From positions 768,001-832,000 of the forward strand of contig OZ245033.1 in NCBI GenBank assembly GCA_965224025.1: a stretch of 64,000 bases of DNA, read 5' to 3'. The notes beneath the pieces were generated by a model. It was not told the DNA's origin and made no database searches. It saw nothing but the letters and a program-made list of their open reading frames with translations. The stretch comes from Candidatus Multivorans sp. (GTDB taxonomy: Bacteria > Acidobacteriota > Thermoanaerobaculia > Multivoradales > Multivoraceae). The translations under genes and the position numbers were made by a program. Below are positions 1 to 11,457 of this stretch, one piece after another (within the stretch, counting starts at the first letter, position 1; each line of letters opens with the position of its first letter).

Positions 1-18
1 GGCCGGCGTATCCAGCAG

Positions 19-475
19 GTGGCCTCGGTTTCGGCACCAGCGTTGCGCTGCCGCACCCCGGACGCGACGGCGTCCTCCTCGAACACGCCGCTCGCGGACC
101 TGGAGGGCATCGTCACGCCGTCCGGCCTCCACTTCGAGCGGCACCACACCGGCGTGCCGGGGATCGACCCGGACGCCCACCGACTGACCATCCACGGCCT
201 GGTCGACCGGCCGCTGGTGTTCTCGATGGACGACCTGGTCCGCCTGCCCTCGGTGTCCCGCTTCCACTTCGTCGAGTGCTCCGGCAACAGCGGCCGCGAG
301 TGGTCGCCGGCCGGCGCGTCGAACGTGCAACTCAGCCACGGTCTCGTAAGCTGCAGCGAGTGGACCGGTGTTTCTGCTCGCGGATCTGTTGGCCGAAGTC
401 GGGGTCAAGCCCGAGGCGAGCTGGGTCGTCGCCGAAGGCGCCGACGCGGGTCTGATGAGCCGTAGCGTGCCGATC
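19..475 (+). pseudogene. soxC: Sulfite dehydrogenase SoxC (molybdopterin) remnant, frameshifted and truncated
   Basis: TPSGLHFERHH..PxIDP..HRLTIHGLV..FVECSGN..SCSEWTGV. After a frameshift near 370 it continues as LLAEVGVKPEASWVVAEGADAGLMSRSVP and breaks off near 475. Confidence 0.8.
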
Positions 476-642
476 CGGGCTCACTCACGAATGATGAGAT
501 CTACGCCGTTGTCGCCCATCTGCTCAACCTGATGGGACTCGTCGGTGAGGACGCGGCGCTCGACCAGGAGAGCCTGCCCAAGGTCGAGATGCCCAACCGG
601 GACGGCTTCGTCCCGGACGACCGGCCGGATACGGGCGGGTAA
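476..642 (+). pseudogene. soxD: C-terminal fragment of SoxD-like cytochrome c
   Basis: Translates GSLTNDEIYAVVAHLLNLMGLV..LDQESLPKVEMPNRDGFVPDDRPD*, a typical SoxD C-terminus. No heme motif remains. Confidence 0.7.
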
Positions 643-653
643 GGACGACGGCG

Positions 654-1577
654 CTACCGCAGTTGCAGCAAGTCCTGCGGCCGTACCGGCGAGGCCCCGA
701 TGGCCACATAGTCCTCGCCGACCGGACACACGAGTTGGCAGCTCTGGCAGCCGGTGTAGGCGCCCTGCCGCTGGACGGTCAGGTTGTAGAAGATCTGCTG
801 CGTCACGGGGCTCCGGGCGATCTCGACCGCTTCGGCGGCGGACCTCGATGCGAACAGGTCGGCCAGATGTTCGACCATGCGGTCGGGGCCGAAGGGCTGA
901 CAGGCCCGGGCGCAGGCCTCGGTGTCGAGTCCGCGGATCTCGGCCAGCGGCGCTCCGGCACGCGCCGAACCCGGAATCGCCCCAACGGGGCAGACCTCGG
1001 CGCAGCGGCCGCATTCCTCGGGCCCGGGGCAGAGTTCCTCGGCCAGCGGCTGCCCGCAGTCGACGGCGGCATCGGTCAGCACACCGGCGAGGAACACACG
1101 CGGACCGTACTCCGGAGTCAGGATCATCTCGTTGAGGCCGAGGGTGCCCAGGCCGCTGGCGGCCGCCGCCTGCCTCAGGAGCAGGGAGCCCTGGCCGCCC
1201 GGACCGGCGTAGGCCATCGGCTGACGCCTGAGGTCCGGGATCGTCGCCGAGAGCACGCAGGCGATCGCGTCCCGCTGTTCCAGCCAGTAGGCGAGTTCGC
1301 CCGCGGCCTCCTCGAGATGGCGCGCCACGCGGCCGTTCGCGTACTGGCGGAACGCCTGGTCGGGCGAGCAGGCGACGCCGGTGGGGTAGCGCCTGGCGAC
1401 GACGATCAGACGCGAGAGGTAGGTCGAGAGCTGCGACGGCTTGTCGTAGTCCGGCGCTTGCCTTTCCAGTTCCCGCCACGAGCAGAAACCGACCAGGTCG
1501 ATGCCGAGCGCTTTCGCCTGCGCTGCGATCGCTTCGGCGTCGAGGCTCGGGCCGGCGCCGTTGCCGTTGCCGCTCAC
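654..1577 (-). CDS. Epoxyqueuosine reductase/reductive dehalogenase-like 4Fe-4S dicluster protein, paralog 3
   Basis: GLGTLGLNEMILTPEYGPRVFLAGVLT, CxxxxxCGRCAEVCP and CQSCQLVCPVG. GTG start at 1577 is estimated. Confidence 0.75.
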   Translation of the reverse strand: MSGNGNGAGPSLDAEAIAAQAKALGIDLVGFCSWRELERQAPDYDKPSQLSTYLSRLIVVARRYPTGVACSPDQAFRQYANGRVARHLEEAAGELAYWLEQRDAIACVLSATIPDLRRQPMAYAGPGGQGSLLLRQAAAASGLGTLGLNEMILTPEYGPRVFLAGVLTDAAVDCGQPLAEELCPGPEECGRCAEVCPVGAIPGSARAGAPLAEIRGLDTEACARACQPFGPDRMVEHLADLFASRSAAEAVEIARSPVTQQIFYNLTVQRQGAYTGCQSCQLVCPVGEDYVAIGASPVRPQDLLQLR

Positions 1578-1588
1578 GGAACCGCTCG

Positions 1589-2584
1589 TCAGCCGCCGAT
1601 GTGCACGAGGTGGTCGAAGTCGCGGTCGCGAATGTACTCCGGGTCGCGCTCGCTCGGCGGTCCGCGAAAGACGAGTTCGTGCTCCTCCTCGCCGCGGATG
1701 TGCTGCACGCTCCCCGGCGGCAGGTCCTTCTGCCGGTAGGGGATGCGCATGATCTTGCGGATGTCCTTCGACCCCACCGGGCAGATGTACATGCACTCGA
1801 AGCAGGCGGCGAAGGCGCCGCGCTTGCTGTTCGTGGCGAGGAAGAAGTCCCGCCAGTAGCGGTTGTCGAGCACCTGGGAGACGTCGAGGTCGACCTGGGC
1901 GTTCAGCAGCTTGCGCAGCACGACGTAGAGCGAGCGGATGCTGATGCGCATCGCCGCCTGCGAGCAGCCGCGCTGATCGAGATCGCGGATGTCGTTGACG
2001 CCTTCTTCGTTCGACGCCTTGAGCGGAATCGCCTTCGGCGGGCAGATCACCGCGCAGCGGCCGCAGCGGAGCCCCGGGCAGAGGTCGCTGTCGAGCGGCT
2101 GGTCCGGCTCGAGTTCCGCGTCGGTGATGAGCGCTCCCAGGTAGACGCGGGAGCCGTACTCCGGCGTCAGGAAGTTCAGGTTGAGCCCGACGTGGCCGAG
2201 TCCGGCGAACTCGGCCGTCCACTTGAGATCGAGCAGGCCGGCGCCGGTCCACTTCAGGTCGAGGTCGGCGTACTCACCCGAGACCGGCAGGGCGCAGTGG
2301 CCGCGGTCCTCCAGCCACTCGGCGATCTCGTAAGCGGTCTCCTCGGCCGAGTCGAGCGCCAGGTGCGAGTTCGTCGACTGGGTGGCGACGTCCTGGAGCG
2401 CCATCGCGCCCGTGAACAGGTGCTTGGTGACCACGACGATGCTCTTCATCCCCTCGCACAGGTAGTCCGGCACCTGCCCGCTCTGGGTGACAGCGGTGTA
2501 GGCCGCGACATCGGCGACGCCGACGGAATCGGCGCCGCGTTCGAATGCGAAACGGGCGAGTTCCTGCTTCAGGCTCCGGGTCAT
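1589..2584 (-). CDS. Epoxyqueuosine reductase/reductive dehalogenase-like 4Fe-4S dicluster protein, paralog 2
   Basis: GLGHVGLNLNFLTPEYGSRVYLGALIT, CPGLRCGRCAVICP and CFECMYICPVG. ATG overlaps the upstream stop (ATGA). Confidence 0.8.
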   Translation of the reverse strand: MTRSLKQELARFAFERGADSVGVADVAAYTAVTQSGQVPDYLCEGMKSIVVVTKHLFTGAMALQDVATQSTNSHLALDSAEETAYEIAEWLEDRGHCALPVSGEYADLDLKWTGAGLLDLKWTAEFAGLGHVGLNLNFLTPEYGSRVYLGALITDAELEPDQPLDSDLCPGLRCGRCAVICPPKAIPLKASNEEGVNDIRDLDQRGCSQAAMRISIRSLYVVLRKLLNAQVDLDVSQVLDNRYWRDFFLATNSKRGAFAACFECMYICPVGSKDIRKIMRIPYRQKDLPPGSVQHIRGEEEHELVFRGPPSERDPEYIRDRDFDHLVHIGG

Positions 2585-3648
2585 CGGCGCTCCTGGTCCC
2601 AGGTCGTCCGGCGGCGGCTCTGCGGCCCCAGGTTCTCGATCTCGACGAACCCGTCCGCATGGCGCCGGGGCACCCTGTCGGGCAGATCGTGCCGGCGGTG
2701 GATCGACGCGCTCAGGCGCTCGTAGTCGCGGCCGACCGGGCACACCTGGACGCATTCGCTGCAGCCGGTGAGAGCGGCCTCCTTCATCATCGCCATCTCG
2801 GACCAGATCTCGCCGGACTTGCGGCCCCGCATTCGCTGCCACATCTCGTCGCCGGTCCGCGCCTCGAAGATCGCCGCCAGATGGTCGCTGAAGGCCTCGA
2901 AGCCGAAGGGCTGGCAACTGCGGGCGCAGGCCCGTTCGTCGAGCCCGCGGATCGCCGCGAGGCCGGCGCCCTGGGGCGCTCGCCTGGGAATCGCGTCCGA
3001 CGGGCAGATCGCGGCGCAGCGGCCGCATTCCTCGAGCCCGAGGCAGAGGTCCTCCGGGAGTTCGTCGCCCGGCTCGATCTCGGCCGAGGTCAGGACACCG
3101 GCGAAGAAGACCCGCGGGCCGTACTCCGGCGTCAGCACCATGCGATTGAGGCCGAGCGTGCCGAGTCCGGCCAGCACGGCGCCCTGGCGCAAGAGGGGCC
3201 AACCCTGGCCGGCAGGAAGGAGATCGCCGGGCGTCCTCCTGTCGAAGTCGAGCGACGCCGGCGACACGGGCAGCGCGAGAGCGCCACGGCGTTCGAGGTC
3301 GAACGCGATCCGTTCGGCGGCGAACTCCAGCGCCCGGAGGGTGCGGCCGCCGGCAAGCTGCTTGCTCGGCAGGTGCTTCGCCCACAGCACGCCGCGCAGC
3401 GTGCGCTTTCCGAGCACGATGAGAGTGCGGGACTCCGCGCTCAGCGTGGAGGGCCGGTGCCGCTCGTCGAGCCGCTGTTCGAGATGGGCCGCCGACGCGA
3501 AACCGATCAGGTCGATCGCCAAGTCCGCGGCCATCGACCGGACGGTGCTCTCGACTCTGTGCCGTCGTCGGCTTTCCACGGCGTCCAGCGAACCCTCGAT
3601 GACAGTGGTTGTCCTCTCGTTCAAGCGGTGGTCCTCAGTGTAGATCAT
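2581..3648 (-). CDS. Epoxyqueuosine reductase/reductive dehalogenase-like 4Fe-4S dicluster protein, paralog 1
   Basis: GLGTLGLNRMVLTPEYGPRVFFAGVLT, CLGLEECGRCAAICP and CSECVQVCPVG. Start is either 3648 or 3579. Confidence 0.8.
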   Translation of the reverse strand: MIYTEDHRLNERTTTVIEGSLDAVESRRRHRVESTVRSMAADLAIDLIGFASAAHLEQRLDERHRPSTLSAESRTLIVLGKRTLRGVLWAKHLPSKQLAGGRTLRALEFAAERIAFDLERRGALALPVSPASLDFDRRTPGDLLPAGQGWPLLRQGAVLAGLGTLGLNRMVLTPEYGPRVFFAGVLTSAEIEPGDELPEDLCLGLEECGRCAAICPSDAIPRRAPQGAGLAAIRGLDERACARSCQPFGFEAFSDHLAAIFEARTGDEMWQRMRGRKSGEIWSEMAMMKEAALTGCSECVQVCPVGRDYERLSASIHRRHDLPDRVPRRHADGFVEIENLGPQSRRRTTWDQERR

Positions 3649-3909
3649 GTCCTTGCAAGCGGGATTCCTCGCTGTTTTGGGTGTACAGTCCGTGAGTTTG
3701 GCTCCGCGCATGGGTGCGGGGCGGCGGAGGCTGGCCGGGAATACCCTTCCCGACCGCTGCCGTTGCGGACCTTGAGACTGGGATGTAAGCTGATACACGC
3801 CCTTGGGCCACTCTACGAATCGGTGCAGTGCACGCCCCCCATGTTCAACGGGATCATGGTGGCTCATGGAGTCTTCTATTCCGCCCCGGGGGATCTGAGG
3901 AGACGACGA

Positions 3910-4248
3910 ATGGCAGTGACAGGACAGGGCCACTGGACCCTGACGGTCCACGTCGAGTCGCATCGCGAAGATTCGACATGGGTAGCGACATGTCCGGCGC
4001 TTGATGTGGCGAGTCACGGACGGACGAAGAAGGAGTCCTACAAGATGCTTCGGGAAGCACTCGAAGGGTTCTTCGAAGACTGCTTGGCCCATGACACTCT
4101 CTGGACGGTGTTGGAGGAACGCGGCTTAGTACCGTCGCGCACTTCGGCGGTAGTCATGGAGCGCCCAGTTGCCAGCAAAGCGGAGTGGCTGAACATTCCC
4201 GTGTGGGTACTGCCGGATGCCCCCGCGCCCCAAACTTCCATCGGTTAG
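3910..4248 (+). CDS. HicB-family antitoxin
   Basis: WVATCPALDVASHGRTKKESYKMLREALEGF, the HicB N-terminal RNase H-like fold motif. GAGGAG lies upstream. Confidence 0.75.
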   Translation: MAVTGQGHWTLTVHVESHREDSTWVATCPALDVASHGRTKKESYKMLREALEGFFEDCLAHDTLWTVLEERGLVPSRTSAVVMERPVASKAEWLNIPVWVLPDAPAPQTSIG

Positions 4249-4448
4249 CCCCAAGAAGGCGCTCCGGGCCCTCAAGAAGGCGGGATGGAAGGAGTCTCAC
4301 AAGAAGGGCTCGCACCAATACCTGCGGAAGGCGGGGTTGCAGCGCCCGTCTGCATCCGGATGCACACGGGCGACCTGCCTAGGGGCACACTGCACTCCAT
4401 CCTGAAGGCAGCGAAGATGTCACGGCAGGAGTTTCTGGACCTGCTTAG
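4217..4448 (+). pseudogene. HicA-family toxin, frameshifted
   Basis: ALKKAGW..KGSHQYL in one frame, then VCIRMHTGDLPRGTLHSILKAAKMSRQEFLDLL in another. The shift is near 4345. Confidence 0.75.
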
Positions 4449-4475
4449 ACATCGGCGGGGTCCCCGCAGCGGCCA

Positions 4476-5980
<1,505 letters not shown>

Positions 5981-5984
<4 letters not shown>

Positions 5985-7837
5985 GGCCGGTACCAGATCG
6001 GCGACGACCAGGCGCGTTCCTGGATCGTCGACGGCAGGTCGGGCCGCGGTTCGACGCCGGCCCGGATCGCGTCCCAGGTCGACCAGCGGCAGGTCGGGTT
6101 CTCGAGCACCCGCAGGTAGTAGATCGCCCTCTGGCCGGGGTCGAACCTCGGATCCTTGAACACGGCGCGGATCTCGGCGGCGCCCAGGTCCTGCGAGATG
6201 CTGCAGTCGGAGAGGTCGACGGTGGCGCCGTTGTCGGGGCAGCGCGGCGGGTCGCCCGTGGGCGTGCCGCCGTCGGAGCAGGCGACGTCGATAACGGTTT
6301 CGTGCGCCTCGCCGCCGTCGACCCAGCCCTTGACGACCTGGAGCCGCTGCAAACCCGCGCTCTCCGGATCGCCGGCCGCCCAGAGCAACAGCTTCGGCGC
6401 GCGCTCGCCATCAGCCAGCAGGTCGCCGCCCATCGCCACGCCTTGCTCGTAGGCCTTGGCGATCATCTCCGGATCGTCGGCCAGGTCCGCGTCGAAGTCG
6501 TAGCCGCCGAAGAAGCGCACCTGGATCCTCGGACCCGTGGTGGCGAAGGTCTCCTTGCGACGGAAGGCGTCGTAGATCGAGTCCCGCGTGTTCTCCTCGG
6601 CCCAGGCGCCGGTCAGGCCGGAGGCGCCCCAGTTGTGGAAGTAGGTCTGGGCGTAGGCGGGGGAGCCGTCCTCGTTGGACTCGTCCAGCGGCACCGAGCC
6701 CCGAAGTTGCGGCGTGCCGTCCCGGTTGCCGACCTTGCTGTGAAAGTCGTCCTCGTCCGGCGTGCCGCCGGCGTTGTGTGTGTCGGTGGCGCCGGCGAGG
6801 CCGAAACGGAAAGGATTGAATCCCCGGGTTTCCTCGAGCAGCAACCCGTCGAGGTAGGCGGTGCGCACGTAGCTCCCCTTGGGCTCGCTGTAGAGCGTGG
6901 TGGCGATGCGGTGGGGCATGATCTCGAAGTCGGCCCACTCGTCGTTCGGCGACAGCAGCGGATGGACCTCGGACGTGCCCTTGACCTGGGTCACCTCGAC
7001 CAGCGGCTCGTTGCGCATCCGGGTCTCGACGTACTCGGCGTCGAGCGGATCGCCGCCGAACGTCATGAGGCTGAACATGTTGCCGTTGCTGCCGTTCGAG
7101 TTGTGGGGGATGGCGAACGCTTCCGTGCCGCCGGCGCGGAGCGTGTCGAGCCAGGCCCACAGGTCCTCGGGATTGTCCGAGTCCATCGCGGTGAACGGGA
7201 CCTCCGGCGCCTCGCTGCCGCGGAAGATCACGTTGCGGTGGAGGTTGCCCTGGTCGGCCGCGACGGTGGTGTACTCGTAGCCGATGAAGGTTGTGAAGGC
7301 GCCGGGGTCGTTGTTCCGTTCCGCGGACTCGACGATGCGCTGCCAGGCGGAGCGGTTCGCCTCGCTGCCGTCGATCTCGAGGAACTCGCCGCCGCGGTAG
7401 GCCCGCAGCCCGCGCTGGAAGCCCTCGGCGGGCCCCAGTTCGCGCAGCTCCCTGGCGAGCGGCACGTCGTACAGCGGGTCCTCCGGGTCGTCCATTGCCG
7501 GCAGGACGCCGAGCAGGATGCCGTGGTCGGTGACCGCCTGGAAGTCGAGAGGCCGCCGGAGCTGCATCGTGTGGCCGGCGGGGTGAACGAGCGGCTCGCC
7601 GCGGGCGAAGCGGTAGGCGTCGTCCGGCGTGGCCCTCACGTCGAAGATGTACGCGTCCATCGAGAAGCGGGTGTGGACGTGCAGGTCGCCGAAGTAGGCG
7701 TTGCGCAGGGGATTCGGCTGCGGCGCGGTCGCCTGGTCCGGCGCGTCCGGGCCGGCGCCGGCGTCATCGGGGCCGCGGCAGCCGGCGAGCAGGGCCGGGA
7801 TGACAACGGCGAGGGCTGAAAGGCGTGTCCATCTCAT
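5981..7837 (-). CDS. DUF3604 domain lipoprotein (PHP-like metal-binding)
   Basis: YFGDLHVHT..SMDA, VTDH, GNLHRNVIFR, IPHNSNGSNG, QERAWSSPIWY and an LAGC lipobox. Confidence 0.9.
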
Positions 7838-7919
7838 GGAGCGATCTCTCGAACGTGGTTGGGAGTAGAATCCTCAGTGTACGCCAACCAAGCCGGCGCT
7901 TCACGCCGGGTGCGCGAAG

Positions 7920-8005
7920 GATGCCCGCGTTTCGTCCGTGCGCCCGATGACGGGTACACGGAGTGGTTCGCGGGTGGCGCGGATCGCGCCACCGCGGTTC
8001 CCAGG
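7920..8005. repeat. ~85-bp intergenic repeat, copy 1
   Basis: Near-identical inverted copy at 36700-36786. Contains the hairpin GGTGGCGCG-GAT-CGCGCCACC. Confidence 0.85.
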
Positions 8006-8051
8006 ATCGGAGTACGCTGACGCGCTACGTAGTCGAGAGCCACGAACGGAA

Positions 8052-9038
8052 GTGAGCGAAAACCGAAACAACAAGGTGATCTGTCTCGTGCCGCCGGGTC
8101 CGCGTGATCAGATCGCCCGGTTTCCGGAGCACTGGGCGCCATGCTTCGTCCATCGCAACGCCGACCTGACCGACGAACTGACGGAAGGCGCCCGCGCTCT
8201 GCTGACCACCCACCCGTACCTGGTGGGGCGAACCGAGTTGGAGCTGTTGAACGGCGTGGAGCTGGTGCAGCAGGTCGGGGTCGGCGTCGACAACATCGAC
8301 GTGGAAGCGGCCCGCGAACTCGGGGTCCCGGTCTGCAACGTGCCCCAGGCCAACGCCGTGTCGGTGGCCGAATACGTGGTCATGGCGTGCATCTTCCTGC
8401 TGCGCCGGATGGAGGAGGCGACGGCGGCCCTGCGGCGGCTCGAAAACCCGTATCCAGCCCTGTTCGTCAAGGGGAGCCATGAGGTGCGCGGCAAGACACT
8501 GGGGCTCGTGGGCTACGGGGCGATCGCGTACGAAGTCGCGAAGCGGGCCCGGGCGCTGGGGATGGAGCTTCTTTCCGCCTCCACGCCGGAACGCCAGCGC
8601 GGGCGCGGGTTGGCGCCGAGCCCGGGCGAGCGGCAGCTCGGCGTCGAGCGGGTAGCCTTCGAGCGACTGCTGCGCGAGGCCGACGTGGTCAGCATCCACG
8701 TGCCGCTCAACGATTCGACGCGGGACCTGATCGGTGGCCGGGAACTCGGGCTGATGAAGGCGTCGGCGTTCCTCGTCAACACGTCGCGCGGCGGGATCGT
8801 CAGCGAGGAGGATCTCGCCGACGCGCTGGCCACGGGCCGGATCGCGGGCGCCGCCATCGACGTGTTCAGCGTCGAGCCGATTCGGGCCGACAACCCGCTG
8901 CTAGGCGCTCCCAACGCATTCCTGTCTCCCCACAGCGGAGGCAGCACGAACGAATGCGTGATAGACGCGATCCGGGAGAGCATCGCCAACGTCGACCGCG
9001 TACTGCGCGGAGAGGAGCCGCATCATCGTGTCTGCTGA
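8052..9038 (+). CDS. D-isomer-specific 2-hydroxyacid dehydrogenase
   Basis: GVGVDNID, GLVGYGAI, HVPL, VNTSRG, DVFSVEP and SPHSGG. Confidence 0.9.
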   Translation: MSENRNNKVICLVPPGPRDQIARFPEHWAPCFVHRNADLTDELTEGARALLTTHPYLVGRTELELLNGVELVQQVGVGVDNIDVEAARELGVPVCNVPQANAVSVAEYVVMACIFLLRRMEEATAALRRLENPYPALFVKGSHEVRGKTLGLVGYGAIAYEVAKRARALGMELLSASTPERQRGRGLAPSPGERQLGVERVAFERLLREADVVSIHVPLNDSTRDLIGGRELGLMKASAFLVNTSRGGIVSEEDLADALATGRIAGAAIDVFSVEPIRADNPLLGAPNAFLSPHSGGSTNECVIDAIRESIANVDRVLRGEEPHHRVC

Positions 9039-9369
9039 CGTCATCCCGGAGGAACGGGCCTTGAGCAACGACGGCGCCTCGGGCCACGTCATCGAGGCGA
9101 AGGAGGTGCCTCGCCCGGACGTCCAGCGCGGCTACATCGAGATCTTCGAGCAGCTCTGCAAGGGCTGCGACCTGTGCATACCGGCCTGCCCGGTGCGCAT
9201 CATCGAGCCGGGGCGGGGCGCCAACATGATGGGCTGGCGGCCGGTGGTCGTGGAGGCGGACGCGATGAAGTACTGCATCGGCTGCAATCTCTGCGCGATG
9301 GTCTGCCCCGACCAGGCGATCGAGGTCTACCGTTTCGAGCAGCCGGTTCCCCACGAGGAGACGCCATGA
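9028..9369 (+). CDS. 2-oxoacid:ferredoxin oxidoreductase delta subunit (2x4Fe-4S)
   Basis: CKGCDLCIPACP and CIGCNLCAMVCPD; operon context. Confidence 0.9.
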   Translation: MSADVIPEERALSNDGASGHVIEAKEVPRPDVQRGYIEIFEQLCKGCDLCIPACPVRIIEPGRGANMMGWRPVVVEADAMKYCIGCNLCAMVCPDQAIEVYRFEQPVPHEETP

Positions 9370-10628
9370 CCCACGAGCCCTTCGTGCCGCCGATCGGCAA
9401 GCCGACGATGGGCGCTCACGCGATGGGGATCGGCGCCATGGTCGCCGGCCTCGACTACTTCGCCGGCTATCCGATCACCCCGCAGACCGAACTGCTCGAG
9501 TACGTCGCGGAGGCCCTGCCCGAGCACGGCGGCGTGTTCCAGCAGCTCGGCGACGAGATCTCGAGCGTCATGGCGGTGTTTGGCGCCGCCGCCTGCGGCA
9601 AGCGGGCGATGACCGCCTCGGTCGGCCCCGGGCTGACGCTAATGATCGACGGCCTGACCAACGCCGCGGGCGCCGAGACGCCGATGGTGCTGGGGGCGCT
9701 CACCCGGGCCCACGTCGGTGTCTCGGGCGGTCTCTATCCGGCGCAGTCGGACATCCGCATGCTTCGGGGGCTCGGCAACGGCGACTACCAGTTGCCGCTC
9801 TACGCGCCGGCGACGATCACCGAGACGGTGCAACTCACCGCCGAGGCATTCGACGTGGCCGACCTCTACAGCATCCCCGCAGTGGTCTGCATCGACGGCA
9901 AGATGGCGAACATGATCGAGACGCTGCAGCCGTTCGAGGTGCCGGAGCGCGAGCTGCCGGACAAGACCTGGGCGCTCGACCGTTCTCTGCGCGAGAAGCG
10001 CCGGGTGGTCGGCGCGGCCCGTACGCCCGAGCTCGACACGATGGTCTGCTACGAGATCCAGAACAAGCTCGAGCGGATGCGTGTGGAGGAGACGCGCTGG
10101 GACACCTTCCAGTGCGACGACGCCGAGTTCGTCGTGGTCGCCTACGGCATCATGGCGCGGATCGCGAGAGAAGCCGTGCGGCGGGCGCGCGAGGAGGGGA
10201 TCAAGGTCGGCCTGTTCCGGCCGATCACCCTGTTCCCGTTCCCGGAGGAACCGCTCGGCGAACTCGCCTCCACCGCCCGCGAGATGCTGACGGTGGAGAT
10301 CAACTTCGGGCAGGTCCTGACCGATGTGCGTCTGGCGGTCGCCGGTCGATGCCCTGTCCAGTTCTTTGGACAGCCGGCGCTCGCGATCCCGGCCCGGGCG
10401 GTGCTCGAGGCGATCCGGCAGATGGCCGCTGGGCAGCCGGTCGAGCCGCGGAACTTCCACGACATCCATCCCACCGCCTTCCACCTCGCCGAGACCCATC
10501 CGCCGGCGAGAAGACAGATGCTCGACCAACTCGCCGCCAAACGCGGACAGGAGGGGGGCCAGGCCATGCTCGACAACCTGCTCGGCATCCGCAAGAACAC
10601 CGTAATCCCGGAGGTCGGACGTGACTGA
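9366..10628 (+). CDS. 2-oxoacid:ferredoxin oxidoreductase alpha subunit (VorB/KorA-like)
   Basis: GYPITPQTE, ASVGPG, QSD and GLFRPITLFPFP. Confidence 0.9.
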   Translation: MTHEPFVPPIGKPTMGAHAMGIGAMVAGLDYFAGYPITPQTELLEYVAEALPEHGGVFQQLGDEISSVMAVFGAAACGKRAMTASVGPGLTLMIDGLTNAAGAETPMVLGALTRAHVGVSGGLYPAQSDIRMLRGLGNGDYQLPLYAPATITETVQLTAEAFDVADLYSIPAVVCIDGKMANMIETLQPFEVPERELPDKTWALDRSLREKRRVVGAARTPELDTMVCYEIQNKLERMRVEETRWDTFQCDDAEFVVVAYGIMARIAREAVRRAREEGIKVGLFRPITLFPFPEEPLGELASTAREMLTVEINFGQVLTDVRLAVAGRCPVQFFGQPALAIPARAVLEAIRQMAAGQPVEPRNFHDIHPTAFHLAETHPPARRQMLDQLAAKRGQEGGQAMLDNLLGIRKNTVIPEVGRD

Positions 10629-11457
10629 ACCAGCCGCCCGTACGCCCGCGCTCTACACGCCTCCCGAGGGCGTCGCCGCGCGCAAGATCTCACCTCAACT
10701 CGACGTCCACACCGGGCTGCCGTCATCCTGGTGTCCGGGCTGCGGGCACGGGTCGGTCAGCCAGATCCTGTGCGACCTGGTGACCGAACTCGATCTGGCC
10801 GAGAAGACCATTCTGGCGCTTGGCGTCGGCTGTGGTTCGACGATTGCCGCCCAGATGGAGGTGAACACGGTGCTGTCTCCGCATGGGCGCGCCAGCGACA
10901 CCGCCACCGGCGTCTCGCGCATGGCCCCCGACCGCGTCGTCGTCCAGTACTCGGGCGACGGCGACTCCTGCGGCATCGGGCTAGGGGGCCTGATGCACGC
11001 CTGCAACCGGCGCGAGAACTTCATCGTCGTGATCTACAACAACAACGCCTACGGCATGACCGGCGGCCAGATGGGTCCGACGACCACCAAGGAGGTGCCG
11101 ACGACCACCTTCCAGGGCGGCCGCGACGAGGAGGTCATGGGCTACCCCATGGACATCATCAAGACGCTGGCGCACTTCCCCGGCGTGGTCTATGCGGGGC
11201 GTTGCGCTCTGACCTCGGGTGTCCGCTACGGGGAGGCGAGCCGGATGATCCGGCGGGCCTTCGAAATTCACCTCGCCGGCATCAAGGGAATGAAGGTCAT
11301 CGACTGCCTCGGGAACTGCAACGTGAACTGGAAGGGCGGCGGCGTGACCTTCACGCCGGAGAGCTCGAACCAGTTCATCGAAGACAAGATCATGAAGTAC
11401 TTCGAGATGGGCGAGGCGACGGTGCCCGAGGGCTACCCGCCGATTCGCGTGCGATGA
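10621..11457 (+). CDS. 2-oxoacid:ferredoxin oxidoreductase beta subunit (TPP-binding)
   Basis: WCPGCGHG, GVGC, HGRA and GDGD..NN..YGMTGGQ. Confidence 0.9.
   Translation: MTEPAARTPALYTPPEGVAARKISPQLDVHTGLPSSWCPGCGHGSVSQILCDLVTELDLAEKTILALGVGCGSTIAAQMEVNTVLSPHGRASDTATGVSRMAPDRVVVQYSGDGDSCGIGLGGLMHACNRRENFIVVIYNNNAYGMTGGQMGPTTTKEVPTTTFQGGRDEEVMGYPMDIIKTLAHFPGVVYAGRCALTSGVRYGEASRMIRRAFEIHLAGIKGMKVIDCLGNCNVNWKGGGVTFTPESSNQFIEDKIMKYFEMGEATVPEGYPPIRVR

Noticed and set aside
3650-3900. Cobalamin riboswitch upstream of the QueG-like operon
   Set aside because: Only scattered GGGAA and ACTGT words are present, without the expected order or stems.
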